From the IMG/VR virus record IMGVR_UViG_3300034108_000283, positions 32,001 to 96,000 of that record: a stretch of DNA of 64,000 bases; one strand, given 5' to 3'. The translations under genes and the position numbers were made by a program. The notes under the pieces are model-generated. The model searched no databases, had not been told where the DNA came from, and saw only the letters and a program-made list of their open reading frames with translations. This document shows positions 44,783-55,640 of this stretch, in pieces. Source of the DNA: a virus. Taxonomy: Duplodnaviria; Caudoviricetes. Position 1 is the stretch's first letter. The number at the start of each line of letters is the position of its first letter.

Positions 44783-46987
44783 ATGAGTCAAATCTTTGAA
44801 GACATACCAACTTGGGATAATGGTAATTGGACTACCACATCTTTTGATAGCAGAGAAGAGTTTGCTACATATCTGCGCTCAATATTTAAGGAACCCGGTC
44901 AGTATGAGTTTGATGATGTTAGTACAGAGTTATTTGTATCAGAATCAAATAAGTTTAGAAAGCTTGGTATATATACTACAGCTCCTTTTAAGTCTAAAGA
45001 CTTTATTAACTACTGGGATGACCAGAAAGCTAAATGCAGAAAAGGTGTGCTGATTAAACACGGGACTAAAGCTTGGTTCTTAGCAAGAGAGTACTACATG
45101 TGGCTTAACTTCCTACCTATCTTTAACAAAGAGATACAACAATTTGGATTTGCTGATATCCGGGATGCTCAGTATCATATGGCTTTATATGAACTATTAG
45201 CAGAACTAAACTATAAACATGTAGCTATCTTAAAGAAACGTCAGATAGCATCTTCCTACTACCATATGGGTAAGCTTATAAACCAGCAATGGTTTGAAGC
45301 CGGTGTTACTCTTAAAGTTGGAGCAAGTCTCAAGGATTATATAAATGAGAAAGGATCCTGGAAATTCCTACAGGAATATGCAGCATTCTTAAATGAGCAT
45401 ACTGCATGGTACCGTCCTATGTCACCAGACAAAGTAATGATGTGGCAACAAAAGATTGAGGTCAGAAAAGGTAATAGAAAAGCTGAGGTAGGTCTTAAAG
45501 GTACTATACAAGGTATGTCATTTGAGAAAGATCCTACAAATGGTGTAGGGGGTCCAGTTAAGTACTTCTTTCATGAGGAAGCAGGGATTGCTCCTAAGAT
45601 GGATCAGACATATGAGTACATGCGTCCTGCCATGAGATCTGGTTTAATTACAACAGGGATGTTTATAGCTGCAGGATCTGTGGGTGACTTGTCTCAATGT
45701 GAGCCATTAAGAAAAATGATTGTAAAACCTTTAGATAATGATGTGTATTCAGTAGAATCAAATCTTGTTGACTCTAAAGGTACTATTGGTTTATCCGGAC
45801 TGTTCATACCTGAACAATGGTCAATGCCTCCATATATTGATAAATATGGTAACTCACTTGTTACTGAAGCCTTAGAAGCTTTAGACAAACAGTTTGAAGT
45901 TTGGAAAAAAGAATTAGACCCAGAGACATACCAGTTGAGGATTTCTCAGCATCCAAGAAATGTAGAAGAAGCATTTGCACATAGAACAGTATCTGTATTC
46001 CCAACACATCTTGTTACAGCACAGGAAAGAAGAATAGAAGATAAAGAATATGCATATGAGTTCTTAGATATCTCAACAGATGAGAATGGGAAGCCTAGTG
46101 TTAAAGCATCTAATAAAAGACCTATAATGGAATTCCCTGTAACTAAGAATACAGAGGATAAAACAGGTGTACTTGTTGTATGGGAAAGACCAATAAAAGA
46201 TCCTGCATTTGGACAGTATTATGCATCTATTGACCCCGTGTCTGAAGGTAAGACAACTACCTCAGAATCATTATGTTCTATATATGTAATGAAAGCACCG
46301 GTAGAAGTAACTAAAGTAACAGGTACAGAGACAGAGACTTATATAGAACCAGATAAGATTGTAGCCGCATGGTGCGGAAGGTTTGATGATATTAATAAAA
46401 CACACCAGAGACTAGAGCTAATTATAGAGTGGTATAATGCATGGACAGTAATAGAGAATAACATCTCATTATTCATCCAGTATATGATATCTAGAAAAAA
46501 ACAAAGATACTTAGTACCTAAGAGTCAGATTATGTTCTTAAAAGATTTAGGAGCTAATGCTAATGTATTCCAGGAATATGGCTGGAAAAACACCGGTACT
46601 TTATTCAAAGCTCACCTTCTTAGTTATGCTATAGAATATACTAAAGAAGAATTAGATATAGAAACAAAGACAGACGGTACTATAGTTAGAACTAAATATG
46701 GTATAGAAAGGATTCCTGACCCTATGTTACTTAAAGAAATGAGAGCATATGCAGATGGAGTCAACGTGGATAGGCTAGTTTCATTCTGTGCACTTGTTGC
46801 ATTTATGAAAATACAGCAGTCTAATAGAGGTTATACAAGAAGAACAATCATGGATGATGCAGCTAAAAACTTGCAAAAGTCAGAAAATTTGTTTAAATTA
46901 AAGAGTAGTCCGTTCCGGCATATGGGTAAATCTTTTTATTCTGGAGGACAGGGATTTAAAAGATCCCCATTTAAGAATCTTAAATAA
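44783..46987 (+). CDS. terL: Terminase large subunit
   Basis: LKKRQIASSY Walker A variant, FFHEEAG Walker B, SIDP and D.LVSF nuclease motifs. Confidence 0.9.
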   Translation: MSQIFEDIPTWDNGNWTTTSFDSREEFATYLRSIFKEPGQYEFDDVSTELFVSESNKFRKLGIYTTAPFKSKDFINYWDDQKAKCRKGVLIKHGTKAWFLAREYYMWLNFLPIFNKEIQQFGFADIRDAQYHMALYELLAELNYKHVAILKKRQIASSYYHMGKLINQQWFEAGVTLKVGASLKDYINEKGSWKFLQEYAAFLNEHTAWYRPMSPDKVMMWQQKIEVRKGNRKAEVGLKGTIQGMSFEKDPTNGVGGPVKYFFHEEAGIAPKMDQTYEYMRPAMRSGLITTGMFIAAGSVGDLSQCEPLRKMIVKPLDNDVYSVESNLVDSKGTIGLSGLFIPEQWSMPPYIDKYGNSLVTEALEALDKQFEVWKKELDPETYQLRISQHPRNVEEAFAHRTVSVFPTHLVTAQERRIEDKEYAYEFLDISTDENGKPSVKASNKRPIMEFPVTKNTEDKTGVLVVWERPIKDPAFGQYYASIDPVSEGKTTTSESLCSIYVMKAPVEVTKVTGTETETYIEPDKIVAAWCGRFDDINKTHQRLELIIEWYNAWTVIENNISLFIQYMISRKKQRYLVPKSQIMFLKDLGANANVFQEYGWKNTGTLFKAHLLSYAIEYTKEELDIETKTDGTIVRTKYGIERIPDPMLLKEMRAYADGVNVDRLVSFCALVAFMKIQQSNRGYTRRTIMDDAAKNLQKSENLFKLKSSPFRHMGKSFYSGGQGFKRSPFKNLK

Positions 46988-46992
46988 GTGAT

Positions 46993-49743
46993 ATGCAAAT
47001 AATAAACGCATTACAAGCTAAGAAAGGTGTCAAAGCTTCCCATAACAGAATGGGTAGTATTACTCAGCCTTTACAGTTTTTATTAAAAAAAGATAAAGAT
47101 GATGAGTGGGCAGCATGGAACCTTGACTGGTTGGAGTGGAATGGTTTGAAACAAATCCGCAGAAATGCCCGCAGATTAATGAAGAACTACAAACTTGCAA
47201 AAGGTGTAATAGATAGATCAGATTATATAGTTGAAGAAGATAATGATTATAGAGATATAGTAGAAGTACTAACAAAAGAAGATGTATCTGCATTAGAGTT
47301 AAAGTTCTATCCTATCATCCCAAATGTTATTAATGTTCTAGTAGCTGAATTTGCAAAGAGATCAACTAAGCTTGTTTATAGAGCAGTAGATGAATACTCT
47401 TATAATGAAATGCTAGAGCAAAAAAGAGTAGCTGTTGAAGAAGTTCTTTTAGCTGATGCTCAACTTAAAATTACTGCAGCTTTATTAGAACAAGGATTAG
47501 ATCCTGATTCTGAAGAAGCACAAGCAGAATTGAGTCCGGACAAACTTAAATCTCTTCCTGAAATAGAATCATTCTTTAAGAAAGACTACAGATCTATGGC
47601 AGAACAATGGGCATCTCATCAACATAAAGTAGATGTTGAAAGATTTAAGATGGATGAGCTTGAAGAAAGAGGTTTCCGTGACATGCTTATTACAGATAGA
47701 GAGTTCTGGCATTTCCGCATGATGGAAGATGATTATGAAGTAGAGTTGTGGAACCCGCCTATTACATTTTATCACAAGTCACCGGATGCTAGATATATAT
47801 CACAAGGTAACTGGGTAGGTAAGATAGATATGATGACTGTAGCTGATGTAATTGACAGATATGGTTATGCTATGACTAAAGATCAATTAGAGGCTTTAGA
47901 AGCAATCTATCCTATTAGATCTGGTGGTTATATAGTTGGTGGTTATCAAAATGATGGTACATACTATGATGGAACCAAAAGTCATGAGTGGAATGTTAAC
48001 ATGCCTTCATTAGCATACAGACAGTATACCACAATGCGTGCAGGATCAGTGCTAGATGGAGGAGATATTATAGCTCAAATAATGTCTGAGGGAGAAGATT
48101 ACTTTGATCAAGGTACTGCATATTTATTAAGAGTAACTACAGGTTACTGGAAGTCTCAGCGGAAGATTGGACATCTTACTAAAATAGCTGAGAATGGTGA
48201 AGTTATAAATGAGATAATAACTGAAGACTATAAAGTAGAAGACAAACCTGTCTATGATACTAGATTGTTTAAAAACAAAACAAAAGATAATCTAGTATAT
48301 GGAGAACATATTGATTGGATCTGGATTAATGAAACTTGGGGTGGTATAAAGATTGGCCCAAACATACCTTCATTCTGGGGTATGAATAATCCAGGAGGAT
48401 TTTCACCTGTCTATATTGGTGTAGACAAGAATCATATTGGACCATTAAAGTTTCAGTTTAAAGGAGACAGTACTTTATATGGTTGTAAGTTACCGGTGGA
48501 AGGTGCTGTGTTCTCAGATAGGAATACTAAGTCAACTGCATTACTTGACTTAATGAAGCCATATCAGATTGGTTACAATATAGTTAACAATCAGATTGCA
48601 GACATCTTAGTTGATGAGCTTGGTACTATCATTATGTTAGATCAGAACACTCTTCCACGACATTCACTAGGAGAAGATTGGGGTAAAGGAAACTTGGCAA
48701 AAGCATATGTAGCTATGAAAAATTTCCAGATGCTTCCTCTAGATACATCTATTACAAATACAGAGAATGCATTAAACTTCCAGCATTTCCAAAAACTTGA
48801 TCTATCTCAGACAGAAAGATTAATGTCTAGGATTCAGTTGGCTAATCACTTTAAGCAACAGGCTTATGAAGTTATAGGGGTAAACCCTCAAAGGATGGGA
48901 CAGCAGTTATCTCAAATGACAGCTACCGGAGTAGAACAAGCTGCTGCAGCATCATATGCTCAAACAGAAGTATTCTTTATTCAACACTGTGATTACTTAA
49001 TGCCTAGGGTGCATCAAATGCGTACTGACCTTGCTCAATATTATCATTCTACAAAACCATCTACTAGATTAAGTTATATCACAGGAGCTGATGATAAAGT
49101 TAATTTTCAAGTAAATGGAACTGATTTACTTTTGAGAGACCTAAATATATTCTGCACAACTACGGCAAACCATAGAGCTGTGTTAGAACAATTAAAAAGC
49201 ATGGCAATGCAGAATAATACTACAGGAGCCTCTATATATGATCTTGGTAAAGTTATTCAGTCTGATTCTATTTCTGAACTTAATAATGCACTTAAGTCAT
49301 CTGAAGAAAAACAATCACAACAAAAACAACAAGAGCAACAGTCTGCACAACAAATGCAGCAAGAACAACTTGCTTCAGCTGAAAAACAAAAACAGATGGA
49401 AATCCAAGCTGCTGCTGAAAGAGATGATAAGATGATTCAGAAAGATATTACAGTAGCTGAAATTAGAGCTTCTGGATATGGTGCTATGGCAGATGTAAAT
49501 CAAAATCAAGTATCTGACTTCCAAGATGCTATGAAGGATATAAGACAAACTGAACAGTATGAATCACAAATGAACCTTCAGAGAGAAAAGCAAACTAATG
49601 AGAATTACAGAGAAACTCAAAAGATAGATATTGAAAGACAAAAACTTAATGTGCAAAGAGAAATAGCAGATAAGCAGTTACAAATAGCTAGAGAGAACAA
49701 AAATAAGTTTGACAAGCCAAATAAAAATGATAAGAAAAAATAG
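46993..49743 (+). CDS. Portal protein
   Basis: Position after terL, size, YPIIP..IN.L..E motif and Gln-rich C-terminal coiled coil typical of crAss-like portals. Confidence 0.85.
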   Translation: MQIINALQAKKGVKASHNRMGSITQPLQFLLKKDKDDEWAAWNLDWLEWNGLKQIRRNARRLMKNYKLAKGVIDRSDYIVEEDNDYRDIVEVLTKEDVSALELKFYPIIPNVINVLVAEFAKRSTKLVYRAVDEYSYNEMLEQKRVAVEEVLLADAQLKITAALLEQGLDPDSEEAQAELSPDKLKSLPEIESFFKKDYRSMAEQWASHQHKVDVERFKMDELEERGFRDMLITDREFWHFRMMEDDYEVELWNPPITFYHKSPDARYISQGNWVGKIDMMTVADVIDRYGYAMTKDQLEALEAIYPIRSGGYIVGGYQNDGTYYDGTKSHEWNVNMPSLAYRQYTTMRAGSVLDGGDIIAQIMSEGEDYFDQGTAYLLRVTTGYWKSQRKIGHLTKIAENGEVINEIITEDYKVEDKPVYDTRLFKNKTKDNLVYGEHIDWIWINETWGGIKIGPNIPSFWGMNNPGGFSPVYIGVDKNHIGPLKFQFKGDSTLYGCKLPVEGAVFSDRNTKSTALLDLMKPYQIGYNIVNNQIADILVDELGTIIMLDQNTLPRHSLGEDWGKGNLAKAYVAMKNFQMLPLDTSITNTENALNFQHFQKLDLSQTERLMSRIQLANHFKQQAYEVIGVNPQRMGQQLSQMTATGVEQAAAASYAQTEVFFIQHCDYLMPRVHQMRTDLAQYYHSTKPSTRLSYITGADDKVNFQVNGTDLLLRDLNIFCTTTANHRAVLEQLKSMAMQNNTTGASIYDLGKVIQSDSISELNNALKSSEEKQSQQKQQEQQSAQQMQQEQLASAEKQKQMEIQAAAERDDKMIQKDITVAEIRASGYGAMADVNQNQVSDFQDAMKDIRQTEQYESQMNLQREKQTNENYRETQKIDIERQKLNVQREIADKQLQIARENKNKFDKPNKNDKKK

Positions 49744-49745
49744 AC

Positions 49746-49762
49746 TTAGCTATATAGTGCAA
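49746..49762 (+). promoter_or_regulatory. 17-bp site TTAGCTATATAGTGCAA, copy 2
   Basis: Exact match to 21472-21488 (minus strand). Confidence 0.6.
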
Positions 49763-49833
49763 AAAAATATCTGAAGTCTTTTAAATTTATCAAGTTTATT
49801 TTGTATATTAAAGTATAATTAAAAACCAACAAC

Positions 49834-51099
49834 ATGGAAACAACCAACAATCCAACTGGGGAAACCCAGGTTCTTGATACTACAAAGGTAGATCAAGTAG
49901 ATGTAAACATTGATGAGATCTTTGGTATGCCGGGTGCAGAAAGTGTAATGCTTCCTGAAGATGGTAAAGCTGAAGAGAAACCTAAAAATCTATTTTCTAA
50001 AGAAGAAGTAGATACTACGTTCCTTGACAACCCCAAGGCTACTCCTGAAGAAAGACAGGAAGCTAAGGAAAAGAAAGCAGAAGTTGAAGAAACAATAGCT
50101 GAACTTGATGGCTTAATTTCTCAAGAAGAAGATGCTGGTAACAAAGGTAGACCTAAAGTAGATAAGTCAGGTCTTGCTGAGCTAGCAATTAAAATGATTG
50201 AGGAAGGTACATTAATTCCTTTTGATGATGATAAACCATTAGAGGATTATACTACTAAAGATTTCAGAGAGTTATTTGAAGCAAACTTCCAAGAAAGAGA
50301 AAATAAAGTTAGAGAAGACACACCAAAAGAATTCTTTAACTCTCTTCCAGAAGAACTTCAAATTGCAGCCAAGTATGTTGCTGACGGAGGTACAGATCTT
50401 AAAGGTCTGTTTAGAACATTAGCTTATGTAGAAGAAATAGTACAACTAGATCCTACAAGTGAGAATGATCAAGCAGAAATTGCAAGACAGTATTTATACG
50501 CAACACAATTTGGTACTCCAGAAGAAATTGAATCTGAGATAGATGATTGGGCTGATATGGGTAAACTTGAGCAAAAAGCTAAACAGTTTAAACCTAAGTT
50601 AGATCGTATGCAAGATGAGATTGTAGCAAATCAACTTGCAGAACAAGAAGCTAGAAAAGAACAACAGGCTAAACAAGCTAAACAATATACAGATAATGTA
50701 TATAATACTTTAGCAACTGGTGAGATAAACGGTGTTAAGCTTGACAAAAAAATTCAGAGTATGTTATACTCAGGATTAGTTCAGCCTAACTACCCTTCAA
50801 TTTCTGGTAAACAAACAAACATGCTTGGACATTTACTTGAGAAATATCAGTTTATTGAACCAAGACATGATCTTATTGCTGAGGCACTTTGGTTACTTGC
50901 AGATCCAGATGGATATAAAAGTAAACTAAAAGACCAAGGTGGTAAAGCAGCTGTAGAAAAAACAGTAAGACAATTAAAGACAGAGGAGTCTAGGAAAATC
51001 TCTTCATCTTCTAGTACTGATGAGTATGAAGAACAAAAGAGAGGAACCGCAAAACCTCAAAGAACCATCTCAAGATCTAATATGTTCAAGAGATTTTAA
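49834..51099 (+). CDS. Putative scaffolding protein
   Basis: Acidic and helical; between portal and capsid genes. Confidence 0.6.
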   Translation: METTNNPTGETQVLDTTKVDQVDVNIDEIFGMPGAESVMLPEDGKAEEKPKNLFSKEEVDTTFLDNPKATPEERQEAKEKKAEVEETIAELDGLISQEEDAGNKGRPKVDKSGLAELAIKMIEEGTLIPFDDDKPLEDYTTKDFRELFEANFQERENKVREDTPKEFFNSLPEELQIAAKYVADGGTDLKGLFRTLAYVEEIVQLDPTSENDQAEIARQYLYATQFGTPEEIESEIDDWADMGKLEQKAKQFKPKLDRMQDEIVANQLAEQEARKEQQAKQAKQYTDNVYNTLATGEINGVKLDKKIQSMLYSGLVQPNYPSISGKQTNMLGHLLEKYQFIEPRHDLIAEALWLLADPDGYKSKLKDQGGKAAVEKTVRQLKTEESRKISSSSSTDEYEEQKRGTAKPQRTISRSNMFKRF

Positions 51100-51127
51100 T
51101 TAGTAACAATTTAAATAACAAATAAAA

Positions 51128-52747
51128 ATGGCAACTCCAGTTTTAAACAATGGTATATTTCTACGGGATACCAACTACAATGCTAGTTCACACGTAGACT
51201 CTTACCACTTGGTTAACATGTTGAAGGATGCAGAACCAATGGATCTAGGTCCAGTGGACCTTTGGGCTATGGCTCAAAAGGTAGAAATGCCTCTTTACCA
51301 AATGTCTAGCTTTGGTGGTAAAAATGTAATTATGGTTGATAACGCTCGTGGTGAGTATAAGTGGCAGACTCCAGTGTCTGTAGACTTAGCTTACATCATT
51401 GAGGATATTGAACCAGATAACACTTTCAAAGGTGTGGATGGAACAACTTTCCGCCTTAAGTTAAGCCGCAGAGAATTTGGACATGGTGACATCATCACAT
51501 ATGACAAATACAATGGAGCTGAGATGTATGTTGTACCTACAGAAGATATCCTTCCTATTGGAGATGGATACATCTATACAGTACAATTAGTAGACAATGA
51601 CAACTACAAATACTTAGACAACAAGTATTTGGCTAATGGTACTAAAGTTTTCCGTAAAGGTTCTGCCCGCGGAGAGTATGGTGAAAGATTTTCTGACATC
51701 CAAACAAGAGCAGGATTCCGTGAATTCTACAACTTTGTTGGTGGTGCTGAAGCTCACGTTCACTATTCAATCTCTAGCCGTGCTGACTTGATGATCAAAG
51801 GTGGAATGAATGCAGATGGTACAGTTCCTGTAACTGAGATCTGGAGAACATTTGACAAAAACATTGATCCTTCAATTACATCATTAGATGATATGGTTAA
51901 GGTAATGGGTAAAGATAAAGTTAAAAAAGCATTTGACAATGGTGATTTGTCACGTACATTCTTAACTACAATGGAATCTGCTCACTTAGCTAAAGTTGCT
52001 ACTGACATTGAAACTTACTTAATGTGGGGACAAGGAGGTAGAGTACGTCAAGATGGTCCAGATGATATCAGATTGTCTGTAGGTCTTTGGAAACAGTTGG
52101 ATAACTCTTTCAAAAGAGTATACAACAAAAATAACTTTACACTTGATTTGTTCCGTGGAGAGATCTACAACTTCTTCAATGGTAAGGTTGAGTTCCAAGG
52201 TCCAGATCCAAAACGCTCACTAGTTGTACAAACTGGTATGGGTGGTATGCGTATGGTAAATGAAGCTATCAAAAGAGAAGCAGTATCTTCAGGTCTATTG
52301 ATTCAGGCTGCTGATATCGGTGCAATCACTGGTAAAGGTATGGACTTGAACTTTGGATTTGCATACACTTCTTATGTGATTCCTTTCTTGGCAAATGTTA
52401 AGTTTGTATTGAACCCAGCATTTGACAATGTTCATACAAATGATATTGAGAACCCGATCATTGATGGTTTCCCATTATCTTCTTACTCATTCATTATCTT
52501 TGATATCACTGACAATACTAATGACAACATTTTCTTGTTGAAATTGTCTTGGGATAATCAATTGAAATGGTGGTATCAAAATGGTACTATGGACTACATG
52601 GGACGTACACAAGGATTCCAGTCTTCTGGACAATTCAATGGGTACCGTGTTATGATGTCTCAAACAATGCCAGCTATCTGGGTTAAGGATCCAACTAAAG
52701 TCCTTAAGATTGTTATGAGAAACCCAATCACTGGTGGATCATTCTAA
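51128..52747 (+). CDS. Major capsid protein
   Basis: Position and size, strong codon bias, E..LMWG and GL..QL motifs, strong terminator downstream. Confidence 0.85.
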   Translation: MATPVLNNGIFLRDTNYNASSHVDSYHLVNMLKDAEPMDLGPVDLWAMAQKVEMPLYQMSSFGGKNVIMVDNARGEYKWQTPVSVDLAYIIEDIEPDNTFKGVDGTTFRLKLSRREFGHGDIITYDKYNGAEMYVVPTEDILPIGDGYIYTVQLVDNDNYKYLDNKYLANGTKVFRKGSARGEYGERFSDIQTRAGFREFYNFVGGAEAHVHYSISSRADLMIKGGMNADGTVPVTEIWRTFDKNIDPSITSLDDMVKVMGKDKVKKAFDNGDLSRTFLTTMESAHLAKVATDIETYLMWGQGGRVRQDGPDDIRLSVGLWKQLDNSFKRVYNKNNFTLDLFRGEIYNFFNGKVEFQGPDPKRSLVVQTGMGGMRMVNEAIKREAVSSGLLIQAADIGAITGKGMDLNFGFAYTSYVIPFLANVKFVLNPAFDNVHTNDIENPIIDGFPLSSYSFIIFDITDNTNDNIFLLKLSWDNQLKWWYQNGTMDYMGRTQGFQSSGQFNGYRVMMSQTMPAIWVKDPTKVLKIVMRNPITGGSF

Positions 52748-52765
52748 CCAGGACACTATAAAAAC

Positions 52766-52794
52766 AGGGAGGGGGAAACTCCTCCCTTTTTTTT
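52766..52794 (+). terminator. Intrinsic terminator
   Basis: AGGGAGG/CCTCCCT plus T-run. Confidence 0.8.
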
Positions 52795-52842
52795 AATTAA
52801 AAAAAGTATTAAATTTAACCAACAAAATAAAAACCAACAACA

Positions 52843-53859
52843 ATGGAAAATTTCACAATGGTTGAGACCGGTAAGGGCTCAGTAAGAAAAACGGCTATTG
52901 CAGTCCGTCCGTTCTTTGACAGTAGATCTTCTAACATGGGATTAGAAGAATATGGTATGACTCTATTTGATGGAGTTACCCATACAGAGCAACTTGCTTG
53001 CTTAGAAAACAATGGTGTGACTAGGTATATCACTGGTCTTAATGAATATGCACCAGAGATAAAACTATTAGATTCTGATACAAGAGAATCTAAAGTAAAA
53101 GCAATCAGAGAAGCTGTAGCTGAACTTGAAAAAGAATTAGCTGCAAATATGCTTAATCCTGAAGACATAGATTTTTGGAATAAAGTAAAATTACTTTCTC
53201 CAAGTAACTCTGACTTCTGGAATAAAATTACATTAGCTTGTGGTAATGAACCAGTATACTTGGATCCAAAAGATCCATTTGATAGAATCAAGCTTTATGC
53301 TATTGAAGCCGGTGGCTTTTCAATTGTAGCAAAAAGTTTTGATGATGCTAGATCAAAACCAGTACCACCAAAGTTTTATCTTGATAAAGAAGAAGAAACT
53401 GTAATGGTAAGAACTGAATACAAGAAGTTGCGTAACAAAGCACTTTCTGAACTTCAGAAATTATTTGACAAAAACAGTACTAAGTTATTCTACATTGCTA
53501 AAGTTGTAGATATCAGTAGTACACAATATAGAAAGTCTACACCAAATGATGTTATATATGAGAACATGGACTTATACATCAATGGTGAAGGTGGAGAAAC
53601 CAACAAAGAAAGAGCTGCTAAATCATTTATGGAAGCAGCAAATATGGACATGGAAGCACTAAAAATTAAATCAATTGTACGTGATTCCAGTTTTTTTAAG
53701 TATATTATAAGTAAGCCAGATGGTTATTTATATCATAGTAAGTCTAGTAGCTTACTTGGTAGAAATGTATCAGATGTTATTGAGTACTTGAAGAACCCTC
53801 TAAATGAGGATATTTTAAAAGATCTCAATGCTGCTTGTGAGAAGTATTGGAACTCTTAA
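52843..53859 (+). CDS. Conserved crAss-like protein following the capsid gene
   Basis: FW....L......LDP..P.D...G......I.YL..P.N pattern. Confidence 0.6.
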   Translation: MENFTMVETGKGSVRKTAIAVRPFFDSRSSNMGLEEYGMTLFDGVTHTEQLACLENNGVTRYITGLNEYAPEIKLLDSDTRESKVKAIREAVAELEKELAANMLNPEDIDFWNKVKLLSPSNSDFWNKITLACGNEPVYLDPKDPFDRIKLYAIEAGGFSIVAKSFDDARSKPVPPKFYLDKEEETVMVRTEYKKLRNKALSELQKLFDKNSTKLFYIAKVVDISSTQYRKSTPNDVIYENMDLYINGEGGETNKERAAKSFMEAANMDMEALKIKSIVRDSSFFKYIISKPDGYLYHSKSSSLLGRNVSDVIEYLKNPLNEDILKDLNAACEKYWNS

Positions 53860-53871
53860 ATTTAAAATAAA

Positions 53872-55284
53872 ATGGCAAATAAAAAAACTACTACTAAGTC
53901 TAATACAAAGTCTGGTAGTAACTCTAATTCTACTATCAAACCAGCTAGTGGTAAGATAGTTCCTGTTAGTGGTAAGATACAACCTGTTAGTTATAAACCG
54001 GCAGGATCATCTGTAAAGAAATCTACTAGCAGTAAACCTTCTAGCAGTAAGCCTTCTACATCTAATACAGCAAAATCTAAAGTAACAGATAAAAAAGTTG
54101 TTAAAAAAGATGGGCAAACAACTGTAACTTATAAAACTCCTTATAAAGGAGTTATTGGTACATATCCTTCTAAAGTTAGGAAGATATATGATAGTAAAGG
54201 TAATCTTATAAAAGGTAATCAGCGGGTTGAAGGTAGTTATGGATCTTATAAAGATATTGGTATCAAAGGTAGCAAAAAAGCTGCACCTATTAAGAAGACA
54301 ACTCCTAAGCCAAGTGCTCCTGCTAAAACAGCTCCTAAAAAAACTAGTACTCCTAAATATGTAGAGCCAGGTACTAAAGAGTATTGGGCAATGACTCCAG
54401 ACCAAAGGAATGCTAATACAATGATTAATGTAAAAGAAAGCATTAGTGGAGGTCCTAAGAAAACAACAACAACTAAGAAGTCTACTACTCCAAGCAAACC
54501 TACACCTAGAATAGCTAAAGCTCCAGAAAAGAAACCTATAGTTAGTGGTAAAAATGTTACTTCAAAACAAGGAGCAGCAAAAATCAAAGGTATTGTAGAA
54601 GGTTTGGAAAGACCAACTGCAAAGAAGACAACTACTAAAGCAAAACCAGTAGCACCTAAAATGGCTACAACTATTGGTTCTGCAAAAGTTTCTGTACCTT
54701 CTAAAGGTAAAGTTAAAATAGAACCAAACTTAGGTAAACCAAAATCATTTACACCACCTAAGACTGAGACTAAACCTAAAGTACAAACTGCGCCAAAACC
54801 AGAACCAAAACCTGAACCAATCAGAATGGAAATGATTCCATTGGCAACAGTAGCTAAACAACTTTCAGATTCTCAGCGTGAAAAACTTCCTTCAACTATT
54901 GAAATTCCTAAGTCTGTAGCAACAACTGCTAAAACTCCTGCACCAGCAGAAGAGAAAAAAGGTTTGTTTGCAAGAATGAAAGAGAGAAGAGAAGAAAGAA
55001 GAGCTGAGAGAAAAGCTGAGAAAGAAGCTGAAAAAACTGCAACAGCAAAAATGAAAAAAGGAGGAATTATGAAAAAGTATAAAACAGGTGGGATGGTAAA
55101 TCCTAATGCTAATTTACAAGCTGCTAAAAAAGCTGGTAGCAAAGGTGTTATGCATAGTTTAAGTGCTAAAGCAATAGTACAAAAAATAGCTAAAGGTAGA
55201 TCAGGTGGAACTAGTGCAGCTCCTAAAACTGCAACACCTAAAGCTAAGTATGGTATGTCAATGACAAAAATGAAAAAGAAGTAA
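53872..55284 (+). CDS. Lys/Pro/Thr-rich low-complexity basic protein
   Basis: Histone-H1-like composition; MKKGG and YKTGG motifs. Confidence 0.65.
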   Translation: MANKKTTTKSNTKSGSNSNSTIKPASGKIVPVSGKIQPVSYKPAGSSVKKSTSSKPSSSKPSTSNTAKSKVTDKKVVKKDGQTTVTYKTPYKGVIGTYPSKVRKIYDSKGNLIKGNQRVEGSYGSYKDIGIKGSKKAAPIKKTTPKPSAPAKTAPKKTSTPKYVEPGTKEYWAMTPDQRNANTMINVKESISGGPKKTTTTKKSTTPSKPTPRIAKAPEKKPIVSGKNVTSKQGAAKIKGIVEGLERPTAKKTTTKAKPVAPKMATTIGSAKVSVPSKGKVKIEPNLGKPKSFTPPKTETKPKVQTAPKPEPKPEPIRMEMIPLATVAKQLSDSQREKLPSTIEIPKSVATTAKTPAPAEEKKGLFARMKERREERRAERKAEKEAEKTATAKMKKGGIMKKYKTGGMVNPNANLQAAKKAGSKGVMHSLSAKAIVQKIAKGRSGGTSAAPKTATPKAKYGMSMTKMKKK

Positions 55285-55622
55285 TGCCAAAAGATTCTTG
55301 CTATCATAGTGTAAAAGCACGGTATGCCGTGTTCCCTTCAGCTAGGGCTTCTCAAGCTATTGCCAAATGCCGTAAAGGTAAAGGTCAAGTAAGAAAGACT
55401 ACTAAGGGCACTGAACTAAAAAGATGGCAAGCAGAAAAATGGCAAGATACAAAATCTGGAAAACCTTGTGGTGCCGGTGGTAAAAATGAATACTGCCGGC
55501 CTACAAGAAAAGTATCTAAGGATACACCAAAGACTAAGTATGAACTGACTCCTTCTAAACTAGCTGCTAAGAAAGCTGAGAAGTCTAGAGTAGGTATGGG
55601 AAGAAGAGTTAAAAAAGTATAA
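55284..55622 (+). CDS. Basic conserved phage protein
   Basis: PSA.AS......R...L.RW..EKW.D...G.PCG...YCRP. Confidence 0.65.
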   Translation: MPKDSCYHSVKARYAVFPSARASQAIAKCRKGKGQVRKTTKGTELKRWQAEKWQDTKSGKPCGAGGKNEYCRPTRKVSKDTPKTKYELTPSKLAAKKAEKSRVGMGRRVKKV

Positions 55623-55640
55623 CTTTTAAAATTAAATATT

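Noticed and set aside
44783-52747. Introns or inteins in terminase, portal or capsid genes
   Set aside because: Reading frames are continuous, with no intein C...HN motifs or embedded endonuclease seen
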